Part shown: in pieces, positions 14,971 to 29,580 of the stretch
Position numbering within the stretch: the stretch's first letter is position 1
Layout of the letters: every line of letters starts with the position of its first letter
NCBI GenBank assembly: GCA_012295275.1
Contig: CM022668.1
Span: 248,001 to 312,000, forward strand
DNA: 64,000 bases
Reading direction: 5' to 3'
Source: Chrysomallon squamiferum
Lineage: Eukaryota > Animalia > Mollusca
The notes under the pieces: generated by a model
What the model saw: the letters and a program-made list of their open reading frames with translations, nothing else
What the model was told of the DNA's origin: nothing
Database searches by the model: none
Made by a program: the position numbers and the translations under genes

Positions 14971-16444
14971 CTGAAAATATGAAAAAAATAAGATGACATA
15001 AAAATTAAAGTGTATATTCTTAATCAAAATGTTCTATGAATAAAAACATGACAATGTAAATTGTAAAAAAGTTTACTCAAGGTTCTTAATTCAGGAAAAA
15101 AAAAAAAAATTTTTTTTTTTAAATATTCTTTTTGTATATCTGTTTTCTATTTAGCCTTCTGTTTTCCTGTTGTTTCTTTATTCACTGTTATTATTTTTTA
15201 TTCATTGTTTTTAAATTTATTCACTATTCGTATTTTTTTTTTTAAATTCTTTGAACATGTAAATTAATTTCACTGTTATTCTTTCCATATATATATTATT
15301 ATTTTTTTGGGTTAGTTTCAGTTTTACTTAACAATAACGTTATTAATAATAATATATTCATCTTTCTTTTATTATTATTTATGATCTCCATTACATAAAA
15401 CCAAGTTTTTTTTCTTTTATTTATTTATTTATTTATTATAAAATTGGGTTTGTCCCTTCCATATAATTCCAGTAGACATATATTAACAAAAACACAGTAT
15501 AATTCATGGATGACTAGCAGAGTGGATTAACTGGTAGATGAATAAAAGAAAGTGACAGATATTGATGTTGGATGGACAGATTTACAGACATTAACTGACA
15601 AAGACAAATTCACTAGTATTTGTAAATAATCACTGAAGTATTAGACTTTCCTTTTTTCATTCTCCTTCTGGAGGTCATCATTTATTTAAGCAAAATATCT
15701 TCTCATGATTAGTCTCACCGCAAAATAACTTTTTCTTTATAATCACCCTGTATCCAGCAAAAAACTCTTTTCATGATTATCCTTCACCCAATAATAATCC
15801 ATATTTTTAACACTTTTTATCATCACCATTCCCCAACAATGTAACTGGTATTCTATAGGAATCTCCAGATCGATCTGAGTTTTGTACAGTTAATGGCAGA
15901 TCATTACTAGAATAACCATGTTTGTACATGCAGGCTACTCTCTCTCTTACCTTAAAGGGAAAACATGGAGGGTGGTACTGACTGGGATGATAAAGAAGAG
16001 TTCTGTACTTTTGAAAAATAAAACAGAAAAGATGTGTACAAAATGGTGAAAAGAATGGGTGATTGCAAATTACTCCAAAAATATTACTAATATTGTAAGA
16101 TATAACATACTAGCGTTATTATTATATATAAATACCAGTGATTTTATTACATATAAAATACAAACAACATTAACAAATATAAAATACCAGTAATTTTCAT
16201 ATGAACAAAATGTGATCACAACAAAGACAAACTGAATTCTGGAAGAATGAAATAATTATTTGACTGTCTGTGTTTTATTTTCTCTCAAATACTTAATAAA
16301 AAGTTGTTTTATAAATTAATTTTAGCTTGTTTCAATAAATAGCCATTAAAAGATTTAATCAAGAGAGATAACTGTGACTGATCAGTAATAGGGTTTCTGG
16401 TTTCATTTTATACATAAAAGTTAATTTGATGAAAGACTTGTTGT

Positions 16445-16870
16445 TGCCAGTTTTATATTAAACAGTAAAACACATCAGTTTTGTATTAAAAATTAAAACA
16501 TCAACTTTCAATTATACATTAAAACATTATTTTTGTATTAAACATTATGACACAAGTTTTGTATTAAACATTTTAACATTAGTTTTGTATTAAAGAGTAA
16601 AACATATCAACATGTAAAATACTAGCATTAGCTCACATCAGTTTTTCATTAGACATTAAACAATTAGTTTTGGTATTAAACATTATAACATTAATTTTGT
16701 ATCAAAAATTAAAACATCAATTTAAAATTAAACATTAAAACACCATTTTTGTATTAAATTTACAACACCACTTTGTTAAACATTAACATACCAGTTTTCA
16801 GTTATTAATTGATTTGTATGAAACATAAAAATCAATATAAAACAGATGTTTAGTATTAAACAGTATAATT
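16445..16870. repeat. Degenerate minisatellite, unit about 27 bp (cagttttgtattaaacattaaaacat)
   Basis: More than 10 recognisable ttttgtattaaa cores. Confidence 0.7.
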
Positions 16871-17619
16871 CAAGTACAAGTTTCTAACAATATAACATGA
16901 GATACAACAGTTAATTGCTGGTCAGATGTGTCATCATTTATTAAAACATTGAACATGCCAAGAGTCAAATATGTGATAGACTTGCTTCAAATCTCATTCA
17001 TACAAAATATGATTTTTCAAAACTATCCAGTTTTATTAAAGTCTTGTTTTATGTCAAAATAGTGAATAATAATTAATTATTTATGCATTTGTTTATCTAT
17101 ATCCATTCATCCATATACATATACAGACAGATATACATACACATACACATCAACACACATATACATACTGTTATCAAAACTAAATGTTAGACTTTCTTGA
17201 TTTATAAACTGAAAACAGAAGTTTATTCAATGAAACATCATGAGATTTTTGGCTTTTTTAAATTAATAAGGCATCAAATATGTAATTTTTATATGTTAGT
17301 TTGGTAATAATACATTCCTAATAGCATGTCATCAGTGGGAATTTCAGAGACCTAACTCTTAACTTGATGTTACAGTAATAAAACATAACAAAAGTAATAT
17401 GTTATTAGAAAGAAAAAAGAGAGACAAATTTTAAATGTTTGAATTAACAGTTATATGGCATCAGATATATATAGATAAGGACAATAAAGGTGCTCTTTAA
17501 AGCTGCAAACTAAACAACTTTTTAATCTATGGTTATATTACATCATGGATAAAACAATTAATAATATGCATGTTATAATTAACTTTAGTTCTTAATTGTA
17601 ATAGCGATATCAATTTTTA

Positions 17620-17965
17620 AGGACAGTAATATTGCTATAGTTGTAGTAGGTGTAGTTTCAGTAGTACTAGTAATAAATAGTAGAAGCTGTAATGGTAGGC
17701 ATAATAATAGAATTAGTATATGCTAGAAGTATTAATAAGTAGTAGCAGTAATAGTAAGAATGGTAGCAGCAGTAAAAGTAGTACTAGCAGAAGTAGCAAC
17801 AACAGTAGTAGTAATGTAGCAGGAGTAGTACAAACAGCAGAAATCATGATAGCTGTAATAGCAGTAGTAATTATAAGCAGTGAAAACAGTAGCAGTAAGT
17901 ATAATAATAATGATGATAATAGTAATAACAACACCACAACAACAATTATCAGTGATAAGTAATAG
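17620..17965. repeat. Degenerate (AGT/AAT/AGC)n trinucleotide tract
   Basis: Direct reading; it explains the poly-Ser/Leu/Thr ORFs in the track. Confidence 0.75.
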
Positions 17966-20900
17966 AATCATCTATCATACAATTACCTAAATCTGTGACC
18001 AAATTACTAATCAATAGACAAAAGTCAAAAATTTAATCAGAGTAAAACATTAAAGATATTCACCTGCACATACATCAGTATGTAATTTCACACCTTTATG
18101 TCAAACAGAATAACTCAAAATTACTTAATCAATACTTATTATATAAACATATAAAAAAATTAAAATGTCATATCTTTACTTGACAGCCTCCAGTTTACAT
18201 GTAATTAATTTTTTTTATTATTATTATTACAGGTAGGCAGTAGAAATTATTATGTTTTATTTAAAAAACCTAAGCTGGTAACCAGTACAAGTATTATGTT
18301 ATTATGTTTCTGTGTTATCTATGCACTTGAAGATATTTAATTATACTGGTGAGAAAAGCAGAAATGTTAGCAAAATATTAATTATTATTTTTTTTGACAT
18401 TTGGGAAATATTTAAGGTAACAGCAGCTAAAACAAAATATATATATATATCTACGTATAATTATTATTATCTCCATGCATTTAAAATAATTTTAAAACTA
18501 AATTAAATTAGCCTAAAATCTACTGAAACAAAATATTGAAAATAAAATTAAAATGAAAATGAATGAAAAAAAAAGACAACATAGCAATAAAAAAAAAAAA
18601 AAAAATTCAAAAAAAAAAAAAAAAAAAAAAAGTAAATAAATAAGAGAAAAACCAACTAAACAAATATGCAATAAATAAATAAAGTAACCATGACAATAAA
18701 AAATTATATTATTAAAAAATAAAATAAAAATAATAAATATTAAAAACAAATAAGAAGATAATTAAATCATTACTCACATCATGAGTTCAGACTTTATAAA
18801 GTGCATCTACTGCTTTAGAAAACTTGCAAACTTTTTGATCCACTCAGCAGTCTTAAGAGTTCCAACAGGGGACAGAACATTGTATAAATAATGACTCACA
18901 AATAGGCAGTATGCAAATTTGTCCTTAATCCCTACCCTACCCCATTTCAACAACCAGTCAGAACATAAAACACAACATAAAAACTTTCCTGAATGGTTAA
19001 AAATAAAATAAAAGAATCAGTGAGCTTTACCAATTGAAACAAGAAGAAAAGAAAAAAAACACCTTTAATAGCAGAAGCTAACAAAGTACTTTTGATGTCA
19101 TCATTTCCTGTTGGTGCTCCCCCATCTTAACATACCTGCTTATGTCATAGCTATTTTTGTTACAGTATCCATGATGATAAAAAAACTTCTCTAAGAATTT
19201 ACCTCAGGGCTTTACATTAATTTGTCATATAAGAATATAAATTTTAAATATTTAATATTAAGTTTAAAAAATGCAAACATTAATAAAAAAATAATAATAA
19301 TAAAAAATGAAAAATTAAATAATAATATATAATATATCAAAGTAAACAAAAGCAACCAGATGGTATGAAGATTACTTTTCATGCACATAGTTAATAAATA
19401 TACATATAAACACATGCACGCAAACAGTAACATATATACACACAAGACTGGTTGTTGAAGCACAAACAAACTGGATTAGAACTGTGATCTCGGGCTCAGA
19501 ATAATGTCCCAAGTTATCAACAACAGCGATGTGTCACGACAAGCTTTTGACTTTGACGTAGGTTTTGACACACAGATACACACAATATGTTCATAATTTG
19601 TACATATATTCCATTTTACTGATTATAAAATAATAATAATAAGACAAAGAAGAATACAAATTTTAAAAACTAGAGAAATTCACATCATCGTTACTAGTTT
19701 CTATCTTGCCTACATCAGCTGTTTTAACTTTGTACAAGATGTGTAACCATGACAACACTGTGACAAGTTTTCAGGTTTCAAATGTCCTCAGGTGCAACAG
19801 TTGGTTTTTGAAACAGGTCTGAGCCTTGGGCTCTGTTACTATGGTGACCAGTCTAAAAACTACAATGAAGTATTATTAGCACTGGTGTCAGTTCCAGTTT
19901 TATAACAATTCATTTGTCAAATACAGACGTCACTATGTGGGTGTGAGGGGTGGGCAAGATATTTGGATTTGACTTGTTCAGATAAATGAAAGAAAAAGAT
20001 AACTGACTAAATATCCATCTTATTTAACTGTTTTACATCGTATAAAATTATGTATCTGTCTACATATATACGCACACAAACATCCATATGTGTGATATAT
20101 ATAGACACACATACATATAAGATAATTAACAAAGCAAGTTGAGTAATTTTAGGGATATTGGTCTATACATACCGTCTTAAATCCAAGTATTGATATCTAT
20201 CTATCTCTTTATTTGATATATACATATATAAACTAACACAATAATAAAAATTAAAAAATTAAAATATTGAAAATTCCACATTAAAAAGCATTAGCAAGAT
20301 AAAGACAAATTCTGAAGAGTTATAAAATATATGATGATTCATATCTATATTTAAAACATATATAGGTATTTATATATTGATTCATCTGTAGACCATATTA
20401 TTCTCTTATCTTGATCTAAGTGAAAATTTATTGCAGAAGATAATCTAATAGTAAGAAGTATTAGCAAGTGACATATAAAAATTTATTTCATGGTATATAA
20501 TTACTCATATTTACTATATTTATTATAAAGTATTCATCCATTTATTTGTCTGCTTATATGTCTCTCTGCTTGATGTTGATAAACAGATTAGTGCAGAATA
20601 TAATTCCACAATAACCAGCAGTAGTGATATATGAAGTTTTATTCCATGGTCAGCAGTATATAATGACTCATACATACCAGATTTAATACCAAAGTAGCTG
20701 ACCTTGAAGTGTTTAGAACTTGTAGTTATCTGATTATTTCATTGTGGATGAATACAAATCCTGTTACAAGCTCATAAAATAAAAACAAATAAAACAAAAG
20801 AATACATTTAGCAGTTTCCCCTGGGTATTAATTGATCTGAATGTAATCTTACTGCCAATGATCATAATTAAAGAATATAGAATGTAATTTTATTTATAGT

Positions 20901-23649
20901 ATTCTCTTAAATCTTCTGCAGAGACTGGGTCCCAGAATGTCTTAAAATTAATAAATAAAAATACCCAGAATACAATAATTCTGAGGATCTGCAAATTCAT
21001 TTAGAGATTTGTCCACATCAAAATAATCATCTTAACAAATTATTCTGTTCATTTAAAAACATCATTTCAAAATATTGACTGCCATAGGTTTGGTGCTGTT
21101 TAGAATATAATACTCAGATAAAATTTTACAAGACAAATGGATAGCCAAGACCCCCATTTATAGTGAACACCTGTGTATTCAGGCGTAATTCCTTTTTAAC
21201 ATATTTAATTATGTGCACAAAAATATTTTCATAATCAACATTTATGTCTTGAGTCATTTGGTCATTTTATAAAGGATATACTGGTATTCCTTTGACCATT
21301 CACATTTAAAACCAATATTTCAAAATTCTGGACACCTGAAAAAGGTCAGGAATGTTTTAATTGTATACCTCAATATGTTAAGTATATATTTTTGTTATGC
21401 ACAGTACAGTACCCAGCAATATATAAAATGACACCAGAATCTTACAATGGACACATGAATATTTAGCAGTATGTTCAGTGAAATCTCCCATGATGAGACA
21501 TCCATTAAAAAAATTAGCTTTTAAGCAGACACAGATTTGAAGATGGGTGGGATGTGATTAAATATCAGTGCTGTACATGATACGTTAACATTAAAACAAG
21601 TCATTCACTTGACAAGTAACACTGAGTCAAGACAAGACTACACTATACAATCACCTTCTGTACTCTAACTTGCATTAAGCCAGTACATCAGTGAATTTCT
21701 GACAGGAAAATACATCACTTCTAGATGGGTCCCAAGGTGGGTAAAGACTAAGCTGAATTGTTCAGGCAATACAGAGGGGTTGTCTGGAATACTGTGGCTG
21801 GGCTATAGTATTTTCAACAACAAAAAATATTTACATTTAAAAGTACTCTTCAACAACATACCCATACTAAGTAATACATTACATATGGTCTATTTACATT
21901 ACATCTAAGGAGCTGTAGGTTTTAGGATCAATTCCTTCTTTTATAGTGGTTTATCTATATTATATCATACATAAAATATTTATTAACATTCAGTTAAAAC
22001 TAAAATATGTCTTGGTTTCAGTGCATAGAGCATAATCGTGGATTCTCTATAAATAAATATAATTATAACAGAAGTATTTAATTCACTAGTGTATTATACA
22101 AATTAATGGATGTACAGACTTTGTTGTCTGTAGTTTAATATAATGTCCACAAACATTAGACAAGAAAGGATATTCCTAATCTAATAAAGTCTAGTTACAT
22201 TAATATGGATTGCACTACATAATATTTTATTTCTTCAAATACCAAACCAGCTAAGTAGATGGTCAACTAGATCAACTGGACTGTACTTACCACATTGTAT
22301 TTAAGACTAACAATAATATTTAACTCAATGGATGGATAAATAGATAATTATCTAGTATATTACATAATACAGGGATAGAATACTGCATATAACAAACTAA
22401 GTCTTTTGAGAAACACTTACTTTAGGAAACCATTCAAAATATTTTAAAAATGTAAATACCATAAAATTCAGCTGTATGAAATGTACTGAACATCCAAGGG
22501 CAATATATAGTTATCATGTTATTTTTACATATTAAAAAAAGAAAATTTCTTACAAACCTTGATCAGCATTGTAATTAGTAAACAATTAATAATAAGCACA
22601 TAAGTAAAAATAATAACAAACAACCTATTTGAAAAAAAAATAGATTAAGACAGGTTATAAACAAAAATCATGCAGTGTAAATATATGTAACCTGCCATAC
22701 TTTTATCTAGTATTGTATGTCGTAACAGATGTTCACTGCCCTATATACTAACTTCTGTATTTTATATACTGTATGAACTGTTATTAGTGCACAAAAAACA
22801 TGTACTTTTTTATTGAAATATCATATTTGTTATACTATTTTTTAGTGTAGTATATAATACTATGCACTTGAAGATATACACACACACACACACATGCACA
22901 AGAAAAGCAATTATGTCTTTTATAAAAATGTAAAGACTTTTTCATATACATGTACAGAAAACATATATGCATAAAAGCACAGGTAGTGACTATGTAAAAA
23001 TTGTATATGCATGTCACAAGCACATACATAGCCACATACATATATATGTATAAACATACCCCCAAAAAACATTTATAAAATACTAACACACACACACACA
23101 CACACAATAAAAAACATTTATACTTTATATATATATATATATATATATATAAAAACACCCCTCTGCGGCAATCAGTGGGTTTACCCTGTCATTATAAATA
23201 CCATTCCAAGAAAGATGGAGATATGGTAATCATTAAAGCAGAAATCAATAATAAGCACTTGAGTAGTACATCCCAGCATACAACATAAGAAGTTCAATAT
23301 GCCATTGTCGTCACAGAAACACATTGCTGTGATTGGCCAATATGGTATGAGGCCACATAATGCAAGTATATAAAAATAACCACATTGCATATGCAGGCAA
23401 TATCTGTCAGTATCGTATCCAAAAATATACATATTTGTATCAGATAAAGGATCTAATTAATTAACATTAATAAAGAATGATAACTGGATAAGTGCATGCT
23501 GCAGTTAAATGTTTTCCAAAAAAAGAACAACTACAAAGATTAAGGGGTGTTTTTCCCCCACCATGTTTTCCTAAATAAACAATATTTATTGTCTACCTAA
23601 ATAATATAATGATTAGTGTTCAGGTGTTTGTGTATGTTTGTATGGTTTA

Positions 23650-23800
23650 CATGTATGTATGTATGTATGTATGTATGTACATATGTACATATGTATGCAT
23701 ATATGTATGTATGTAAGTATGTATTTATGTATGTATGTATGTATGTACGTACGTACGTACGTATGTATGTATGTATGTATGTATGTATGTATGCATGTCT
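23650..23800. repeat. (TATG)n/(TACG)n tetranucleotide microsatellite
   Basis: Direct reading of the sequence. Confidence 0.9.
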
Positions 23801-24848
23801 GTATGTGTATCTATTTATGAATGTTGAATGTCTATAGGTAAATAGGTATACAGAAGTCAATTTTGCATAATTATGTTCAATAATTCAAGGATGGAGACAG
23901 AAAGAAATAGACATATACAGAAAAAAGAGACAAATCCACAGACAAACAGAGAGAGAGACACAGAGAGATAAATATATATAGAGAGAAAAAAATCATCCAA
24001 TCTTATATCAGTTAACAGAAAAGGATAATATGAAATAAAGGAAAGCACTGACTCCTAAACAATCTGTCACAGACACCAGCTAGAATGGGACAAGCTGAAT
24101 CTACAAGCCACCAAACTATGTAATCAACCACAGCTAATTCTCCGACATTTTTTCATTGAATATTTAATTACTTTTAGCATTTTGTAATACAATAAAACAA
24201 ACCTATATATAACACACATATTAAAAGAAAAATTAAATTAAAATAATAAAAATTTCTTTTTCATTCTTTTTTTGGATAATGATAAAAAAAAGTTAAATAT
24301 AATTTATTACCAAACTGATTTTGTTTTGTTTTTGGTGCGATATAAAACATTCAAAAAGTTGTTGAATAGCTTCTGTAAAATATTTTAGGACAATCCTAAC
24401 ACCCCAGTCTTTATAGAATATTTGTGATTACAATTTTCTTCTGTTTTTTTTTTTGCACAAATTTGATTCTTCCAGTTTTAATAAGATTTAGTTGTTGATT
24501 TTCTTAAGTAGAAATCAGAATACGAGCATGACTTAAGAAATAGCAGCACCAATAAGATAAAACAAAATATTTTCAAAATTTGCATATATAACAAAAGAAC
24601 TTCAACAACAACAAAATTATGCATAGACAAACACACATTCAGTTAATATATTTAAAATATTAAGAAGAATTTATATGATAGTATAAAAATTTTCAATAAA
24701 AAAGAGATCTATCGACTATGTTTTTATTTTCGTATTTCATCATTTATTTATTATAAATTTTAGACCGTTTACACCTTTGGCTTTTAACTAGTTATTTTAT
24801 ATTGCACAGCTCTTCATTATTCATGAAATAACGTAATCACTATATTAT

Positions 24849-24883
<35 letters not shown>

Positions 24884-25036
24884 GGACAGCAGCCAATCGA
24901 CGTAATTATTTTAACAGGTAAACTGACGTTTGTCACTTAACAATGGCATCCATAGTTCAACCTGAACTAAGTAAGTCGTCGCCTTGTGACAGCTACCAGT
25001 TGATAAAGGAATATCGTAATTAAATTGTCAACTCAC

Positions 25037-25260
25037 CGAATGATTCACGAATACCCCGGAATATTGTGAGTCACTTTTAGGATGTTAAAAGTACATAGTC
25101 TATGACAATACCGATTAGCGGACCAGCCGATTCGGTCACCTCAAACAATTCCATTCGCACTAAACCACAAAATGACGTGTCTGGTTATTTTTAGAAACAC
25201 GACGTAAACAGGAAGTAGAATCGGAACACATCGTGTCATTCCGTATGAACAGCAAAATAA
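25037..25260 (-). promoter_or_regulatory. Probable promoter and non-coding first exon of the MAP3K gene
   Basis: Locally CpG-rich island. Minus-strand donor TCG|GTGAGT at 25036, AP-1 TGAGTCA 25067-25073, CRE half-site TGACGT 25173, ETS CAGGAAGT 25209. Confidence 0.5.
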
Positions 25261-25302
25261 AAAGATTTCCGTTCAAAAAGTTTGATATTGGCAGCAAATA
25301 TT

Positions 25303-25333
<31 letters not shown>

Positions 25334-25344
25334 ATACTACTACA

Positions 25345-25380
<36 letters not shown>

Positions 25381-27585
25381 CAATTCCAACCCAAACAACG
25401 ACAAAATTTAATTAATCTGTATAAATAAATGTGAATGTGTGGTTTTTTTTTTTTTTTTCGCAAAACATCCTGACAAAAGTCTAAAACAGCAGTGAATACA
25501 ATTATTGAAACTATGATGTTACTAACTACTATGATGTCGGCGATGACAACTATGTTGACAGCATCCATATCATTGATAATTTAATAACGCAACTTGTCAT
25601 GTTTATTTTATCATTTCACTAATAATTAATTGGAAACCGAATATATATATAATTGTAACATGTTTAAAAATATTGGTAAGCTCCATGTTGAGTGTTCAAG
25701 AGTTGGAAATAACTGATTCATCCTCACTCTCAAGTATACTGTACACTCTGCTGTCTTACAATGATTTCAAATTGATTGATAGTTATATTTTATTTATTCC
25801 AATACATTATTTACTAAAAAAAATGTTTTTTTTTAAATCTTTCTTTTTGTTTATCATTATTATTATCAACCTTTTGTTATATGGGCCAAAAATAAATAAT
25901 ACCAGAAAATATGTTTGATCTATCCAAGTCTTTATGTTTATATTTTATGTTATGCCTTAGTCATTCTTTGTCTTTTGGGGTTTTTAAATTATACTTATTA
26001 TTGCAAACTAAACTCATTTTATATATGATAATCATAATTATAGTGTTTTGATTTTTTAATTAACTGTTTTGCTAACTATAATATTATTTTTGCCATTGTC
26101 TTTTTGGATACCTTTCAACAAGACCTTGGTAATTATAAATAAATGACAAACCACTCCATAATACTGTAATATTTATTAGAATATAATAATAATCATACAT
26201 ACAATAAACAAATCCTTTCATTATTTGTAGAAAAAGCAAAACTGGAACATTGGTATGTCCTGATTAGTGATAGACTAGATGCAAATTTGTGAAAGCAAAA
26301 CAGATGTGAATGTTAATAAATATCCTGCTATTGTCAATCTATATACAGTGACATTCTATTAAACAGAAAATAGACCATGTTACAAAAAAATCCACTCGCC
26401 AGGAAACAATTCAATAAAAGCAGTTATAAATATTGCATCTTTCAAAGTAAATATTATTCAATTCTGTGTTTTACAAATAATTTTTTATAAATATAATTAC
26501 TAATATTTATGATAACCTACCATTTATAAAAGAATAAATTATAGAATTTTTTAATATGTGTAAGTGTAAAAATTATGACAGTGTAATATATTAAGGATAT
26601 TAAGAAATTAATATTCTATTATTTATTATTATTATTATTTTTAAATAAATGTTTTTGTGTCTATGTTTGTATATTCCTTAAAATACTGTAACATTTACAC
26701 TATTCATCCAAGCTAATGTCATAAATAAGCAATTTATACAGATAACTTTCAATTCCCTTATGTGTGTTTACTCAATATGTATCCCACTCGCCTGCAAGTG
26801 AAAGACAGTACATACCCTAATCTTTTAAGACATTTTACACAACAACACTAGAAATGTTACTTGATATAAAATTATCATTTCCATTTGAACTAATAAGCTA
26901 TTAATAGCCTATGCATTCAATCATGGTAGTTTTGAATTTCTTTGTTTCAGCTGAAACATTTCATAGTTTAAGCATTTCAAGATTTCAAAATAAATTAGTT
27001 TTGAACAACCCTTTAAAGTATAAAATACCTGTGAATTTGATAAACCTAGGTTTTTTCATTTTTTGAAGATTAATACTTTAATTCAAGTGTAGAGTTAATA
27101 TTGTGTAAAATATCTATATTTTCTAAATAAATGATCAGATTATGTGGCTGAATGTCTTACGACAGGAATAATGAGGCTGTTTGCATCATGTGAACAATTC
27201 AGAAATATCTTGTGGCAAACCGACCCCAGTATTTTACATTCAATTATGACAGAAATTTGAGATATTTCACAGGCTGCTAAACTGGTAACATACAGTTATA
27301 TGCAAGCTGTTTTCATTTACAAACAAATATAAATAAAAAGAATAAAACAATTTTATATCTGATAATTATAATAAAAACAATAAATAAATAAATAAATTAA
27401 TTAATAATAATGATAATAGAGAACATGATAAAAAATTGAAATAATATTTAATTAATGAATAACCAAACATAAATAATGATAAACAAAGACAAAATCAGGT
27501 CTTTTATAAAAACTCAGTGCTAAATTATCTACCACATTTTGAAAAAGCACAACCGTGTGGTGATAACAGAACTTATGTGTCAGTG

Positions 27586-29271
27586 CTACAACCCAAGAGA
27601 TTTTCTAACTGTGTGGGCAGCAATGTCATTAAAACGCGCACGATCTTCACGCCAAGTTTTAGCAGCATCAACACTGGCAGCACTCTCGTCATTAGGTTCT
27701 GTAAAAATACGGCAATATATTGGAAATAATGAGTGTCAATAATAATGATGATGACAGAATTAATTTAATAAAACTAATGATGATAATAACAGAATAAAAT
27801 AACAAATACACACAATAATGATGATAGTAACATTAAAAATGTATTCATTCAATCCTCCAAAATAGAAATGCAGTAAAAATCACTATTTAAAAGAATGTTT
27901 TAAACAATGGTTTAGAAACAAAAAGACTCTTGTTTATGATTCTGTTATATAGGATATATAAAATTAATCATTCACGCTGAAACTTTTCTAGATACAAGAA
28001 TATACTAAAGTCAGTTATGGACATAACTTGTAAATGGTACAGATCTTTGGTGGAATTATTTTACTTTTAATGGATGTAAGTATTTCAAATCTATTTAAAA
28101 GACTGGGCATGTGTTTGTGAGTGTGTGTGTGTGTGTGTGTGTGTGAATGTATATGTTGTATCTGTGATTAATTTATTGGATATTTTCCAAATAGTAACTC
28201 ACCTGCCAGCATACTAACAACAGAAAGAAGAATTTTTTCTACACTTTGAACTGGACTCCATCTTTCAGCACTGGTCTCATAACCCATCGGGTCATCTCCT
28301 GGTGCATGAAGAATAGAGATACACACTCGTCCATCTGTGTAAACTGAAAGTTAAAAAATAAAATAAAGTTAACAGAAAACACTGATATCAGTAAGGATGA
28401 GTGTTTCTGTGTTGTTTGTGTGTGTGTGTGTGTGTGTGTGTTTGTGTGTGTTATGTTGCGTGTTTGCGTGCATATGTTGTACATTTCTTTGTGCATTTGT
28501 ATGCATGTGTTGTGTGTCACCATGTATCTGCTTTGTGTGTCTATGCTGTTTTTCTGTATATTTGTGTTTGTGCTCATGTTTGTACTTGCGCTTGTGTGTG
28601 TGTGTGTTGGAGGGAGGGTCAGAGACAAGGTAGGGACAAATCCAGTCATAAATAAACTGGTGAGAAACAGCAAAATAGGTGTAAGTAAATATTCCTTACT
28701 GTTGGGATGAAATATTTCACAGGTAAATTTCATTTTTGGTGGACTAAGTGGGTAGTCTGGTGGAAACGTTAAACGAGCTGGATACACACCACCTTCAAAA
28801 CATGTTCCTTCTGGTCCCCTGAATGAAATTTAACAAAATAATCTTAAAAGACAACACATCATCAAAAAGTATAAACATTTATCAAATTTACTGATTTAGC
28901 ACAATTATTTCATTTTATTATACTCAAAGATAAATTTAAAACTTACATAATATATGCTTCCCATTCAAAAAAATTTTCTTCATTCACTGGACCAGCAATA
29001 ATTCCTTCTGGTGGATTCAATGTTAACTCTAAAATATATTAAAAACAAATTTAAAAAAATAAAAATAAAAATAAAAAAAAGTGAAATAAAATAAATTATA
29101 ATGATGATTATAATAATTTGAAAATATAATAATAATAAAAAAAAAAAAAAAAAAAAAAGATAGTTCTTCAGAAAATTAACTTTGTTACTTTTTTGTAAGA
29201 TATTCATATATTTGAGCTTCTTCAAATAAATAGAAATAAGAAAATAAATTTTAAAATCAAAAATGTGTGTC

Positions 29272-29313
<42 letters not shown>

Positions 29314-29580
29314 CTAATACGTTGTCCGTACCACAGTTCACATGAAATGAAACAACGGTGAGCAAAGCTTATAAAGTTATATATATAAATATAGTATATT
29401 ATATTATATATACTATACAGTATTATACGTCTATACTACCTATAGACAGTATAGTATTATAGTGCTTACATTTTTATTTCATATGAACTGTGGTACGGCC
29501 AACGTATTAGAATAAAATGTTGTAAATTGTCACATACGTTTATATTCTGCCATTAGGCGCTTTAACGCAGAACCTGCCAT
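27586..29580 (-). CDS. UBE2G2: Ubiquitin-conjugating enzyme E2 G2 (Ubc7 ortholog, ERAD E2), complete, 165 aa
   Basis: Exons 29580-29538, 29028-28947, 28818-28700, 28343-28203 and 27698-27586 total 498 nt, all GT-AG. Protein reads [28 protein letters not shown]...[27 protein letters not shown]...[27 protein letters not shown]...KSLGL*, with the HPN motif, catalytic Cys and Ubc7 acidic loop. Confidence 0.97.
29312..29512. mobile_element. Foldback/MITE-like element with about 37-bp terminal inverted repeats in UBE2G2 intron 1
   Basis: ttctaatacgttgtccgtaccacagttcacatgaaat ... atttcatatgaactgtggtacggccaacgtattagaa (2 mismatches) around a TA-rich core, abutting a (GT)n run. Confidence 0.75.

Noticed and set aside
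24943-24970. Plus-strand ATG with good context and a GTAAGT donor (MASIVQPEL, phase 1)
   Set aside because: No nearby plus-strand acceptor exon was found. Joining to TOP2 would require traversing all of UBE2G2 antisense. Likely chance or promoter-antisense transcription.
1110-25918. Dozens of 60-107 aa ORFs in the track (poly-F, CVCV, HTHT, MYVC, poly-S/L)
   Set aside because: They are translations of microsatellites and AT-rich low-complexity intron sequence, with no domain-like content or splice-consistent structure.
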